DNA from: Octopus sinensis
Taxonomy: Eukaryota
Direction: 5' to 3'
DNA length: 64,000 nt
Assembly (NCBI RefSeq): GCF_006345805.1
Contig: NC_043022.1
Span: 4,030,001 to 4,094,000, forward strand
Position 1 is the first letter of the stretch. The number at the start of each line of letters is the position of its first letter. A model generated the notes under the pieces. The model was not told the DNA's origin. It searched no databases and worked only from the letters and a program-made list of their open reading frames with translations. Shown here in pieces: positions 38,416 through 52,363 of the stretch. Both the position numbers and the translations under genes were made by a program.

Positions 38416-39579
38416 TTAACAACCGTTTTCCATAGTTGGATGGGTGGGTTGACAGGGGCTGGCAAAGTTAAGGGCAACACTGGGTTCCAACGGTCTGTTT
38501 TGGCCTGGTTTCTGCAGCTGGGTGTCCTTTTTAATGCCAACCATTCCACAGAGTGTACTGGGTGCTTTTTACATGGCCCCTTCACAACATTGACTTGTAT
38601 AGCAGAAAATACTGCTATTGCTGTTGAAACTTGTGTTAGGAAGAAGACAAGAAGACAGACCCATCATCAAAGACAATCAAATAGTGACCATTCCTCCTTT
38701 TTTCTTTCTAGTCAGGATGTATTGAGGACTATATCATCTGAATTTGAGTGGGTGTGGTTTTAAGGGAGATTTGCCTGCTATCTCTAGCAATTCAGTCACA
38801 TAGAAACTCTCTCATTAGTGTATTCCTTCAACAGTTAAGTCCTAAACCAGATCCGACTGATCAAATTTATAAACAGAGCCATTCCAACCATGGCTTCTAC
38901 CCTTATCAATCAGTTTCCTACACACCCACAGGGTTGCCATGCACAATAAATACTCACAGCTTGTTAACAAGAATTTCTATTGCTTCCAGCTGGGCTCTAG
39001 CCAGAGATGAGGGGTTAGAGTGGGAGAAGGGGGTGAGCAGGGGTGGGGTCGACATGTCTGACCTATCTTAGCAAATGCACATAGAAAAATAAAACAAAAA
39101 AAACTGAGGATTTTAAATAATAAAAAAAATCCATGAAAATAATTTGTTTTGAAATAGCAGAATGGATAATGGTGACGGTGAGCAACAGAGAAAGAAAAAA
39201 AAAAAAAGTATCTGATTGATAAAAAAAAAAAAAAAAAAAAAAAAGGATAAGAAAAAAAAAATACTCATAAAGAATTAGAAATTGCCAGCTAAATGGATTG
39301 ATTTGTTTAAGTAAAAACAGCTGAAGGAGAAGAAATGAAATTAGGTTTATCAAAGCCTGGTTTGGGTTCGTCAATTTTGGAGTCTTATTAGTTTTGGTAA
39401 AGAATACAAGAAAAGGCAGATGAAATTTGGTCAAAATATTCCAGTGCTTACCAACTAAGACAAGTTTACACACCATCAGTAGGCTCTCTGATAGCATCGG
39501 AAGGGTAAGTAATAATAAAAAAATATCAAGCTGCTACCATAATTCATATCGGAAATATATATATGTATATATATATGTA

Positions 39580-39634
<55 letters not shown>

Positions 39635-41114
39635 GCCACTAAATGGTGTTAGGAACATCGTAAATACTCCAGTTGATGAAAAACCTCACGCCACAAACAA
39701 AAATAATATTGAGTAACCGAATTTTTAATATCAAAGTCCAAAGTCCAGCTTAGATGTATTGTAACTATTAATTAGGCTGATTAATTAAGTCGAGAAGTTT
39801 GGAATGAGAACCGGATTAAAAGTAAATTGAAAAAATATATATATTTTTTTTGCATATCTACCAATACCTTACAAGCTGTGAAGACAAATGCACTTCTATT
39901 GAATCAATGTGTATGTTTATATACTGGCAATATTCCTATATAATACATACACACATTTAAGGTTGAGAGAGAGAAGACAGTGAATCTGTAATAAATATCA
40001 CCCAAAATTGCTGGACATCAAGCATTTGGTTAGTAAAAATATACTAATTTAAACAAACTGGCTATGTCTTTAGAATGAGATATTTATATATATACATATA
40101 TACACACATACCAACACTTCCATGTGTCACGTTTGGACAATTGTGAAGATCACTTCACGTGAAACCATTGGTTGCTTTGTCAACCCACAAATATACACAT
40201 TTATGTGCGTGCGAGTGTATATATATATATATATATATATGTAATATATAATGATCATTTTAACAAAAAAGCAAAAGAAAAAGTAAAAAAAAAAGTTAAA
40301 AAAACAAGGTAAAACAGCATAAATAATTTAGTTGACATAATAACATTAATTTCAAGAGAAACAGGATTAAAAAAAAAACTGGTTATATTCTGATGTGGAC
40401 ATTTATTAGATCAAATGGCAACCGATCCATGAAAATAGTCTAATAATAATAATAATAATTACTTTAAATAATTTCTGAGCCAGTGCTGGCATTATGTAAG
40501 AGAGGAAGTCGAGGGGGAAACAACAGTATGATAACTGAAATAGTATATTAGTAAGGGGTAGGGTGGGAAAGGATGTGAAATGGGGATTTATAGGGGAAGC
40601 ATGTTGACCATTTTGGTAAGTCACTCACAATTTGTTTTTTTTTTTTAAATGGTGCCACCAATTTTTTCTTACTGTCTTTTTTTTCTTTTTTTTAAAATTA
40701 ATTATTTCAATACATTTATTGATTGATTTATTAATGAATCGTTACAGTAACACTTAATGAGTGTTTAACGTGCAGGAGCCGAAAAAGGAACTGAGGCAGA
40801 CAGAGAATTTTGGTTTGTTGCCTATTTTACTAAATAATAAAAATAATGATAATAATAATAATAATAATAATAATAAAAGTAATAATGTGTCTCGTCTCAG
40901 TAAAAACAAAGTTGAAACAATCTTTGAACTGACCTTCAAACTGAAATGAGGTACTGAAACTAGATGGAAAAGGTTTATGAATAGTGGCAACTGATGGGAA
41001 GAAAAGCAAACTAGGAGACATGATTGAAGAAAAGCAGAGAAAGAGAGAGAGAGAAAGAGAGTGAGAGAGAGGGAGGGTGGTTTAAGTGGAGTGTGTGTGT
41101 GTGTAAGCCATATA

Positions 41115-41325
41115 TACTCTCTTTTACTTGTTTCAGTCATTTGACTGCGGCCATGCTGGAGCACCGCCTTTAGTCGAGCAAATCGACCCCGGGACTTATT
41201 CTTTGTAAACCCAGTACTTATTCTATCGGTCTCTTTTGCCGAACCGCTAAGTGATGGGGACATAAACACACCAGCATCGGTTGTCAAGGAATGCTAGGGG
41301 GACAAACACAGACACACAAACACAA

Positions 41326-41356
<31 letters not shown>

Positions 41357-41512
41357 TACGACGGGCTTCTTTCAGTTTCCGTCTACCAAATCCACTCACA
41401 AGGCATTGGTCGGCCCGAGGCTATAGCAGAAGACACTTGCCCAAGATGCCACGCAGTGGGACTGAACCCGGAACCATGTGGTTGGTTAGCAAGCTACTTA
41501 CCACACAGCCAC
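41115..41512 (-). mobile_element. SINE family A copy (a degenerate copy follows at about 41985-42336)
   Basis: Family blocks present. Confidence 0.85.
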
Positions 41513-43329
41513 TCAAAAATAGATTGACACTGAATGTCAGCTACAACTGATGTGGCACTCTGGCAGTTATGGGGACGAGGGTTCCAATGGGTCCGATCGA
41601 CGGAACAGCCTGCTCGTGAAATTAACATGCAAGTGACTGAGCACCCCACAGACACGTGTACCATTAATGTAGTTCTCGGGGGAGATTCAGCATGTCACAG
41701 TGTGTGACAAGGCTGGCCCTTTGAAATACAGGTACAACAGAAACAGGAAGAAAGAGAGAGAGAGAGAGGACAGCAGGGATCACCACCAACCCCTGCCAGA
41801 GCCTCATGGAGTTTATAGGTGTTTTTGCTCAATAAACACTCATAACGCTTGGTCTGGGAATTGAAACCACAATGCCGCGACCGCGAGTCTACTGCCCTAA
41901 CCACTGGACCACTGCGCCTCCACTCACCTACAATAAAATGGTACAAAAAAAAAATTGCTATGTTTGGAAAATTATCTTTTATTTTGTACTAGTTTCATTC
42001 ATTAGATTGTGGACAAGCTGGGGCAATGCCTTGAAGAATTTTTAGTTGGATGAAGTGATCCCAGTACTTTTTATTTAAAGCTAGGTACTTGTTTTGTTTG
42101 TCTCTCTTGCCAAACTGCTAACTTACTGGACATAAACACACCAACATTGGTTGTCAAGTGGTCAAGGGGGACAAACAGACACAAACAATGGACTTTCAGT
42201 CTCTACCTACCAAATCCACTCACAAGGATCTATTTATCCCAAGGCTATAGTGAAAGACACTTGCCCAAGGTGCCATGCAGCAGGACTGAAACCAGGACCG
42301 TGTGGTTGAGAAGCAAATTTCTTACCACTTAGCCACACCATCATAAGAAAATGTGAAATCAATTTGTTTTTGGTGGGGGAGAGGACTGGTGAAACTTGAA
42401 GCAGGTACAGCTATAAATAACAGTGTGTAAATTCTGGGTCGAAGGCTTATGTTTTAATTAAAAATAAAGAAAAGGGAGACAAATGTAAGTCTTACAGGTT
42501 TTGGGACACAGGGTGCTTTCGTATGTGTAGCCAAAAAGACCAAACTGAAAGATGATCTCTGATTGGCTATTACACTTCAAAACCAACCATTCACAACATT
42601 TGTTCCAACGGCCCGATGGATTGGCCTCAAAGTCCGTTCAGCTTGTATCACTTTGGGCTGACCAATCAGGTTGGGTGTCTCAAGAAGGTTAACACATAAC
42701 ATTGAAATACAAGAGACCTATCATGGAAATATTATCTGAGAATTGGTATGGGGTGGGTGGGTGGGAGATCTAATAAGTCGAAGCTTGCGGAAAGAAGATA
42801 GTCTAGAGAATAGTTTAGAGTCTAAAATAACATCTATGCTATATATATATATATATGTATAAATAAAGATGGACAGATATGAGTCTGTTTTCAGGTTTCC
42901 GACTATATGTATGTAAATATGTGTGTGTGTGTGTGTCTCCTTGTCTTGATATTTCATGCTAGTTGTAAATGAGTGTCACTGTTATACAAGCAGTGTCATT
43001 CATTGCCAATATTCTGCAAAACCATGTCTGGCCATGGGGAAATATTACCTAGCTAGGAGAGAGGTGAAGGAAGTATATAGGAAGGGTTACTCAACCATAG
43101 AAAATCTGCCCCAATAAACACCGTCCTAGCCATGCAGGAATGGAAAAGTGGACGTTAAAATGATGATTATGTTTTTGCGACACATTTCTAATTATTAATA
43201 TCTTTGGGGCAAAGAGCTAAATTAGAATAACTGAATGAGGGTGAATATAAGTTAATGGGTTTTATTAAGTTCAGATCAAAAGTATCAAGCAACTAACCGA
43301 CATGATATGTGTGTGTGTGTGTATGTCTA

Positions 43330-43900
43330 CAACACTGCTTGGTACAACCTTCAAATGTATACCTGCAGGACATGGATGGTTTACGAATGCCATGCCGGAA
43401 AGCTAAACTGCTTCTACCTGGCAAGACAAGATCCCGGACATGGAGGTTCTCTCTCAGGTTGATCTGTCAAGTATTTACACTCTGGAGGGGAGAGCACAAG
43501 TCAGGTGGGCAGGCCACCTTGTTCGAGTGCCTGACACACGAACTCCCAACTGTTTTACAGCCAACTGGCAGAATGTAAACGCACGCAAAGTGGACAGAAA
43601 AAGTGCTTCAAGGATTCATTGAAGGCCTCATTAGAGAGTTTTGAAATTAACCCTGACCCCTGGAAAACACAAGCACAAGAGCTCCCTGCCTGAAGAAGAT
43701 GCACCAGCAGGGGTGCCACCTCTTACAAACAAGACAGGATTGCAGGAACACAAAGAAACTGGCAAACTACGCAAGTCCAGGGATAACTTCTTGCCCTCAG
43801 TCCCAACAGACTGAATGGCCATGGCTGGATACACCATACCTCATCTTCTCCCACCTGACGTCCTTGGTTGTCGTCGACAACAGTGAACAAACTACCGTAA
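43330..43900 (+). mobile_element. RTE/BovB-like LINE relic
   Basis: Broken frames give WQDKIPDMEVL, QVRWAGHLVRVPD and KDSLKASL. Confidence 0.75.
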
Positions 43901-45159
43901 TGAGTCGATATGCATCAATAATTTACAAGAGAGAGAGAGAGAGAGAGACTGGTTTAATATTTGAGTTTTGTTCCTCGAACATTAATCACCACAAATTGAT
44001 TAAACGTAAACGAAATATAGAAAATATCAACCAGAACAAGGAAGTACCAAAAATAATAATAATAATAATAGTAATAATATGTAAAAAAAAATATTCTTTT
44101 TTTAAGAAAAACAATATACAGACCAGTACAAAATATTAGACAATACAAAAAGTGACATCCTAGCTCTACATAATAGCGATGACGATGATGACAGACAACG
44201 ACAATGGCAACAATAGTAATAATAATAATAATAATGATAATAATATCCAGCCACAGAAAGAAGAGCAGCACTAAAAAAACAAATAGAAAAAAAAAAAAGA
44301 TAAACAAAAACAGCAACAGAAGATTTCAAGCAAAGTATATCCTATTTTAACTACTTTCAACAGTGTGTAACCATGGAAACAAAACTGGTAAAACTAACTA
44401 TAATAATATATATAAACACGTAAGAACCAATAAAAAAAATTTTTTTTTTTAAACTTCATCTGACAAAGAAAAAAAAAATTAAAAAATATAATTGGCGAAA
44501 TGACAAGATTTTGGAAATGACAAAGAAATAATAAAGTACAAATAAATACCAATGACGGCATCAAATATTCCTAATTTTGGAGAGAATTTTCAGACAAAAA
44601 TAATCAGGTACCGGTGAATATGTTCAAATAGTGAAATAAATAAATAAACAGAAAACATAATGGCATCTTTCGGACTCGAGGAAATCATTTTGAATAAAAG
44701 GTGATGGGAGGTTTTCGTTTTTATTTTCTTGGCATCAATTAATAAAGAACATAAACAGAAATCTAAAGAAAAGCAAGAAGTTCTTCTCTGGTTTTTCTCA
44801 GTCTCAAACTTGGGGTTATTATTTTTGCCTCAGTCTCCACACTTTGATTTCTCAGAAACCCCGTCACTGTCATTTAAAGAGTTGGTCAGTCTTCCACATT
44901 CACACAACAGCAACCTGTCACCGACACAGATCAGTCACCAAACACACTAAAACACAACTACAACCGAATCGGGTCATCACGCTGGAAAAATTCTTAGACG
45001 CATTTCTTGAAGCCATTTATACTCCCCGAGTTCAAATTCAGTTGAAGTCGACTCTGCCTTTCATCCTCTCAGAGTTGATAAAACAGGCATCAGTTGAGCA
45101 ACTGGCAATGTAACTAACAAGCTTTAATGAGCTCCCACCCAACAAGAACTTCAGGTCAC

Positions 45160-45413
45160 CTGATGGCTCTAGTAAAAGATGACCTTGGAAATGGAAGTTA
45201 TTTCAGTACAAAGACCTAGAAATAGAAGTGACCAGGATGTGGGGATTGAAAAGCAGCACAGCACCAGTGGTGACTGGATCGTTAGGGCTAATTAAAAAGG
45301 GCCTTGATAAGCAGCTCAACAAACTCCCTTGCAGTGTTAACGTGGGAGAACCTCAGAAAATAGTGTTGCTAGGTTATGCACACATTTTACGCCGTGTACT
45401 CTCTATGAGATGA
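45160..45413 (+). mobile_element. R4/Dong-type (RLE) non-LTR retrotransposon 3' fragment
   Basis: YKDLEIEVTRMWGLK...PVVTGSLGLI...QKIVLLGYAHILRRVL*, typical of the C-terminus after the restriction-like endonuclease. Confidence 0.75.
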
Positions 45414-45934
45414 GGACCTGCTGTGACCTTAGGGTCAAAGGCAATGGCTTAGCAGAATCATTTGCACACTGGGCAAAATATTTTCCTACATTTCTTCTGG
45501 TTTTATGCTCAAAGTTCAAATTTGCCTTTTGTCCTTTTGAAGTCAATAAATTCAGTACTATTTGAGCGCTGGCATTGATGTAATTAACTTTCCCACGTTC
45601 CTAAAATCTCAGGTCTTGTGCTTGCAGCAGAAAGGATTATTATTATTATTATCATTATGATGGGACCAAGGTCATCTTTGCCTTTCAACCCATTCGGTGG
45701 GGGTGTCAATCTAATCATTACTCCTCCGACCCAATGTGCTGGCCTTGCGTCAAAATTTGAAATCAACATCATTCTTCTGATGGTCCAAAGGTCAACTTTG
45801 CTTCTCCTAATTTCGAGGTTGATAGATTAAGTACCATTTCAGCCCTGGGGTTGATGTAATTGACCAGCTCACTCTTCCAAAATTTCAGGCCTTGTGCCTT
45901 CAACAGAAAGGATCACTATTACTATTATTATTAT

Positions 45935-46178
45935 TATTCCGTGCCGGTGGCATGTAAAATACACCAATCCGACCGTGGCCGTTGCCAGCCTCGCCTGGCA
46001 CCTGTGCAGGTGGCACGTAAAAAGCATCCACTACACTCACGGAGTGGTTGGCGTTAGGAAGGGCATCCAGCTGTAGAAACACTGCCTGATCAGACTGGGC
46101 CTGGTGCAGCCTTCTGGCTTCCCAGATCCCCGGTCGAACCGTCCAACCCATGCTAGCATGGAGAACGGACGTTAAATG
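45935..46178 (+). mobile_element. SINE family C copy (+) with (GAT)n tail
   Basis: The only clearly + oriented copy of this family; ends ttaaatgatgatgatg. Confidence 0.8.
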
Positions 46179-47577
46179 ATGATGATGATGATGATGATTA
46201 AGGGCTGTGGGTTGTAAGAATCACTGCCAAAATACCCCTTTATGAATTCAAAATGCTGCCAAGATCAAGTTTGCCTTTCATTTTTTGGGGGGCTTGATGA
46301 AATAAAGTACCAATCAAGTGCTGGTTCAATAGCATCGACTAACCCCTCCCCTTAAAACTCCTGGCCATGTGGCCTAAAAATGCCTGGCAAATTTCTTCCA
46401 TTTCTGTAGATTTTAACAAAGCAAACATAACTTTTCATCCCTTTGGGATTCATAAAATAAAATACAAGGAAAATACTCTGTCCCAATTATTATTATTATT
46501 ATTATTAGTGTTGTGAAGGCAGTGAGCTGGCAGAGTGGTTAGCATGCTGGGCGAAGTGCTTAGCAGTATTTTGTCTGCTGTTACGTCCTGAGTTCAAATT
46601 CCACCGCGGTCGACTTTGCCTTTCACGAGGTCGATAAATTAAGTACCAGTGTAAAACTGGGAGTCGATTTAATCAACTTAACCCCTTCCCCAAAATTTCA
46701 GGTCTTGCGCCTATAGTAGAAAGGATTATTATTATTATTATTGTGGCAAGCAGCATATCATCTGTCTTTATGTTCTGAGTTCAAATTCCAAGGTCAACTT
46801 TGCCTTTCATCCTTTTGGGGTTGATAAAATTAGGATCCAGTGGAGCACTGATGGTTGACAAGGGGAACTTAGCTACTTAACCAAAATTGCTGGCCTTGTG
46901 TCATAATTTGAAACCATTATGCTTGTTGTTGTTGCTGAGTTCTAGTGTATAGCTTGAAGGGTAGCAGCAGTCAGATATTTTGTAAAGGATGCTTGCAGAG
47001 TACAAGACATCATCATCATCATTCAACGTCCGTTTTCCATGCTGGCAGGGGTTGGACAATTTGACTGGGGACTGGCAGGCCAAGAGGCTGCACCAGACTC
47101 CGATCTCATCGGGCAAAGTTTCTACAACTGGATGCCCTTCCTAATGCCAACCACTCCGAGGGTGTAGTGGGTGCTTTTTACATGCCAGTGAGGTGGTACT
47201 GGCAACGACCACACTTGAATTGTGCTTTTTACATGCCACACAAGGTCTGAAATTTTGGGAGGAGGTTTTAATTGGTTACACTGACTGCAGAAGGGATGAA
47301 AGACAAAGTTGATCCCAGTGGAATTTGAGCTCAGAATGAAAGGAAGCAGAGGAAATAGGGCCCTCCAATGTTTGTCTGCCAATCCACTTGTCTCATAACA
47401 ACAATTGCTTTTAACATGGGTACAATAATGACCCCTGCCTGCTCCCCAACACACACACACTGGACAGATGAAAGGAAAAGTGGATCCCAGCAGAATATGA
47501 AACTAGAACAAAAGACTTACAAGAAATATTGCAAAGCATTTGTCTTCTGTTCTAAGGATTCTGCAAACTCACCTCCC

Positions 47578-47617
<40 letters not shown>

Positions 47618-47624
47618 TAATCAG

Positions 47625-47872
47625 AGAGAAATGTGTCCATTAAAGAAGTTGAGAAGTTATTTCAGTACAAAGACCCAGAAATAGAAGTGACCAAGATGTG
47701 GGGAATGAAAAGCAGCACAGCACCAGTGGTGATTGGAGTGTTAGGGCTAATTAAAAAGGGCCTTGATAACCAGCTCAACAAACTCCCTTGCACTGTTAAC
47801 GTGGGAGAAATTCAGAAAATAGTGTTGCTAGGTTATGCACACATTTTACGCCGTGTACTCTCTATGAGATGA
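47625..47872 (+). mobile_element. Second R4/Dong-type 3' fragment
   Basis: Highly similar to 45160-45413; preceded by (AAT)n. Confidence 0.75.
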
Positions 47873-47959
47873 GGACCTGCTGTGACCTTATGGTCAAACG
47901 ATGACCCCAGTTCAGCAGGAGACAAAGGACCATATTTTATTTTAAAACAATAATAATAA

Positions 47960-48400
47960 TATTTTCTACTCTAGACACAAGGCCCGAAATTGAGGTTGGG
48001 GGGACAGTCGATTAAATCAACCTCAGTAAGCAACTGGTACTTAATTTATCAACCTTGAAAGGATGAAAGGCAAAGTTGACGTTGGCGGAATTTGAACTCT
48101 GAACGTAACGACAGATGAAATACCTCTAAGCATTTCGCCTGGCATGCTAATGATTCTGCCAGCTCGCCACCTTATTAATTGTAACGATCTTTCCAACTAT
48201 AGGCACAAGGCCTGAAATTTGGGGGACAGGGATAATCGATTACATTGATCCCAGTACTTAACTGGTACTTATTCTACCGACCCTGAAAGGATGAAAGGGC
48301 AAAGTCGACCTCGGCGGAATTTGAACTCAGAATGTAAAGACAGGCGAAATATTGCTAAGCGTTTCAGTCAGTGTGCTAACGATTCTACCAGCTTGTCACT
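47960..48400 (-). mobile_element. SINE family B, two tandem copies
   Basis: The family blocks occur twice. Confidence 0.75.
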
Positions 48401-49113
48401 ATGATGATGATGATAATAATAATAATAATAATGGTTTCAAATTTTGGCACAAGGCCAGCAAGTTATCTTGCCATGGTTTATTATGTTCTGCACCAACGAC
48501 ATGACTGGAATGTAGTTTGTCACTTATCAAATGAACCTGTTCACAAGATGAGCAAAAACCAAAGCGGAAACACAGAGACTTGTCCGATGTACAAGGAAAG
48601 ACTCCATTTTTCCATTCAATGATGCAACCAGAGTTGAAAAAAAAGAGAAGTTTCAGCAAAGAGAGGGACTGTGTCTCCTGCGATGTGCAAAATCATGAAA
48701 TACTGGCCAAAGGTTAGATCCTAGAACCGTGTGAAGACTATTTAAAACCAGGTCAACAGCGAAAACAAAGACCCGACAACTAAATTAATTAAGAGAAAAT
48801 ATAAACAGAGCAAAGGATCCGATTCCAAAGTATGCCGTCAAAATAAAGTAATTGGTAATTAACAGAACAAATCATTTCAATTAAAAGAATTTTTATCACG
48901 GTAAAAAAATAGTTTTATGGGAGAAAGAGAGAGAGAGAGAGAGAAAATGAGGTGGGGGTGAAATTAGGGAGAGAGAGAGAGAGAGAGTAAAGGAAAGCTA
49001 CAAGGGATAGAAAGGGAGTAGTAGGAGAAGTGCATTGATGTTAAGTTTAGAGAGTAGGGAGATGAAGGGATTGAAAGAAGAAGAGCCTGAGAAAAAGGAA
49101 AACACAGGGAGGG

Positions 49114-49153
<40 letters not shown>

Positions 49154-49908
49154 AATGTGTATGTGTGCATGTATGTGTCTTTTCATCCTGTCATACAGGT
49201 GTTTGGCTATTGTTTATTTACCAACACCTGAGTGTCGAAAAGCTCAAGGTATCCTCAACAAGATTTCAATAGCAATATTCAATCATAATAGCACCACAGA
49301 GTGAGATTTCACCGAAAAATTCTTCAAAGATCAAACATCGACACCACTTAGGATTGAACTGTTAAACAAACGCATGACCTATACATGTATATATAAATAT
49401 ATATATATATGGGCCAACTTATTCCTATTTCTACATGAGTGAATTAGTTCCATGTCAGATACAATAGATGAGTGGGTGATTTTAAGGGACTGGTTGTAAC
49501 GAGAGGATGCAGACACTAATTATAGCCAAGATTTTATTTAAACTCGTACATTTAAAAAAAAAATATTTCTTTGCGCCACGATGAGTCTTCTAATACGAAC
49601 ACCTTGGATTGTGACCAAATTTCTACAGAAAATGGTTTATGAAGGTAAGAAGAAAAAAAAAAAAAAAAAAAAAAGTGGGGGAGGTGGGTCGGTGGATAAT
49701 TTTGTATCATGACTGTCAACAGAAAATAATAAATCCTCTCCAGAAGATGACAGGTTTTAAATTGACACAGAAACTGGTGGGGGGGTGGTTCTTGTTTTTT
49801 TTAAAAATTTTTTTTTAATGTCCCCACCCTCCCTAATCATTACCACAACTCAGGCTTTGAAGGTCAGCTGGAAAACGGCAGCAACCTTTGTTACAGCAGA
49901 AAGCAATA

Positions 49909-49955
<47 letters not shown>

Positions 49956-50278
49956 GTACATTTATACATATATATATGTGTGTGTGTGTGTGTACATTTA
50001 TGCACAATAGACTTACGAGAAAATTGATACACCAAATGTGAGGGATCTACCAAACTTCTATCATGCTTTGAACGTAGGTAACACTCGTTAGTTACTCTTT
50101 GCAAGTAGATGTGTTGCTCATTAGTGAATCGTTGAGAGTATATTTCATAGATCATTCGTCCTGTCATGTGATCATTATGAAGAATATCTGCAATGACAAT
50201 TTAAAAAAGGCAGGTTAATAAATAAAAACCACAGCAGGCGCTGGGCGATGGCGCACCGCTTACGGGTGGCCAGCTTAC

Positions 50279-50584
50279 CTGGACAAAGGCCTTGAAATAC
50301 GGCAGGCTGAGATCCGCCGGATGCTGCTGCTGCTGCGGCTTGATAGGGGTGAGTGTACTGGGGTAAATGATCCTGCTGATGTACGTGCAGATGCGTGTGA
50401 GCATGTGCATGTGTGTGCGTATGAGCGTGGGTGGATGCTGCAGATAGACTGGCCATCTGAAGGCGAACCATCGGGTCGGTACTGAGGGCAAGGCGCTCAG
50501 CCTGCAGCCGCTCAGCAGAGATTCGTTCCACAAGAGTTGAATATGCTGGATCACCCAACAAGTGAGAAATACCAGTTGGAATTC
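50279..50584 (-). CDS. RERE: RERE exon F: GIPTGISHLLGDPAYSTLVERISAERLQAERLALSTDPMVRLQMAS...THAHTHTHAHAHTHLHVHQQD...QGLCP
   Basis: tttag acceptor, gtaagc donor; 306 nt, phase 1 to 1. Matches the atrophin motifs AERxxAERxxxxxxDPxxRLQM and HxHxHLHxHQQD. Confidence 0.95.
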
Positions 50585-51106
50585 CTAAATAAACATTCAG
50601 AGATTACAATAACACTTTTTTTTTTTTTTTAAACATAATTAAATCTTTACTGGGCAGATGGAAAAAAATATATAAATAAAATAAATAATTAAGCCAAGAT
50701 TGAACTAACGAAATGTATTGATTAAACACACACATTTTCAAAGGCACCAATACATAGGAAATATCTTAACTCTTTAACATTTAAACTGGCCATATCTCAC
50801 TGGATCTGTCTTCTCACGCATAGCCTACAATGTCATTCTAAAAATAAACTATCTTACGTTCAAACTGATTAGAACTGTCCTCTCACACCTGCCCTACAAT
50901 GTCATTCTAAAAATATGCACCCATATCGCTGAAATCTCAAAGCTATGAAATAATGCATGATTAATTGAAAATAATGAGAATTTGACCGAGTAATCTGAAT
51001 GCTTAAAAGGTTAAGAAACTCACCAACAATCTGAAATGAAAGTTGGTGGCCACTTCATCAAGGGGATGTTGCCACAAACAGAAGAAATGTGAGGCTCATC
51101 TCATCA

Positions 51107-51327
51107 CCCTTTCGTTACTGTATTTATTTTCAGATGCTCTGCGTTGCTTCCAATTATTTTAAACATAACAAAGAATTTAGTAAAATAACATCATTATAAT
51201 TAAGCTAGTTTTAGGAACATAAATTGTGACTAAGGTTTGCTGGAAGATTTTAATTCAGGGCCTTTGAAAACCAGGCTTTTGTACTAAAGAGCCAGATCCG
51301 GTTTCAGCTGGGTTGGTAACGAAAGGG
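51107..51327 (+). mobile_element. piggyBac-like MITE P1
   Basis: Family sequence; right TTAA intact. Confidence 0.8.
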
Positions 51328-52029
51328 TTAACCTGTGATATCAGAAGGGTCTTGGATGACCAATAAACCAAGCACTCAAAAAGATAACTAGCTTCACTCA
51401 CATTTTGTCCTCAACTACTGACCTAACCTTGAGCAATGTACTCCTCACTACTCAACAACTGCTACAAGGGTCAGGGATCCCTAAATCCTCCCAGTCCTAA
51501 CAATGCTATTTAAGCCCTCCACCTTTAACCACAAATCCATTTCATCTCATCCACCAATGATGATCACAGTTCAAGGAAATCTATACATTGATTGATTGAT
51601 TGATTTAGTAACCCAATGTAGCTATATATTGATCCAATAAACCTCCAGTGTAAGAATCTCATGCACCCCCCCGCCCCACAAAACAGCTAATCAATCATGG
51701 ACAGGAAGACATCAGGTACAGGATTAATAAATAGCTATTAATCTCCTCTATCCAGTATTGATCAAGCCATTAAACCTCTCCCTTTTATATCTATGTTTGT
51801 ATCTCTTTAACCATTAAACTCCTCTATTCAGTAATTGCCTTGTCATTAAACCTGGCTATTCAATACCTATCTATATCTGCCTGCCTGGCTACCTGTCTAC
51901 ATCGTATCAACATATCTAATAACTAAACAGAAAGACAAACACACACACAGACCTGTCTGCTTGTCCATCAATGTTCTTGTGCGTCACCTCTACCTATTTC
52001 ATTTATCTATCTATCTATCTATCTAAATA

Positions 52030-52363
52030 TATTTTCTTTTATTTGTTTCTGTCATTTGACTACGGCCATGCTGGAGCCTCGCCTTTAGTTGAACATGCTT
52101 CGGAAGCCTAGTACTTATTCCGTCTCTTTTGCCAAACCGCTACATCACAGGGACATAAACACACCAACATCAGTTGGGGCACAAACATAGGCATACACAA
52201 ATACATACATAAATACGACGGGCTTCTTTCAGTTTCCGTGTACCAAATCCACTCACAAGGCTTTGGTTGGCCTGAGGCTATAGTAGAAGATATTTGCCCA
52301 AGGTGCCATGCAGTGGGACTGAACCCAGAACCATGTGGTTAGGAAAAAAGACTCTTACCACAC
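52030..52363 (-). mobile_element. SINE family A copy
   Basis: Family blocks present with internal deletions. Confidence 0.75.

Noticed and set aside
39452-39487. Possible 36-nt phase-1 microexon (ESLLMVCKLVLVG) in the RERE intron
   Set aside because: Weak acceptor and a hydrophobic peptide unlike atrophin; chance splice-like signals are common.
48480-48900. Non-SINE segment with a Cys/His-containing ORF (48401-48622)
   Set aside because: Multiple stops and no motif I can name; probably a degenerate TE.
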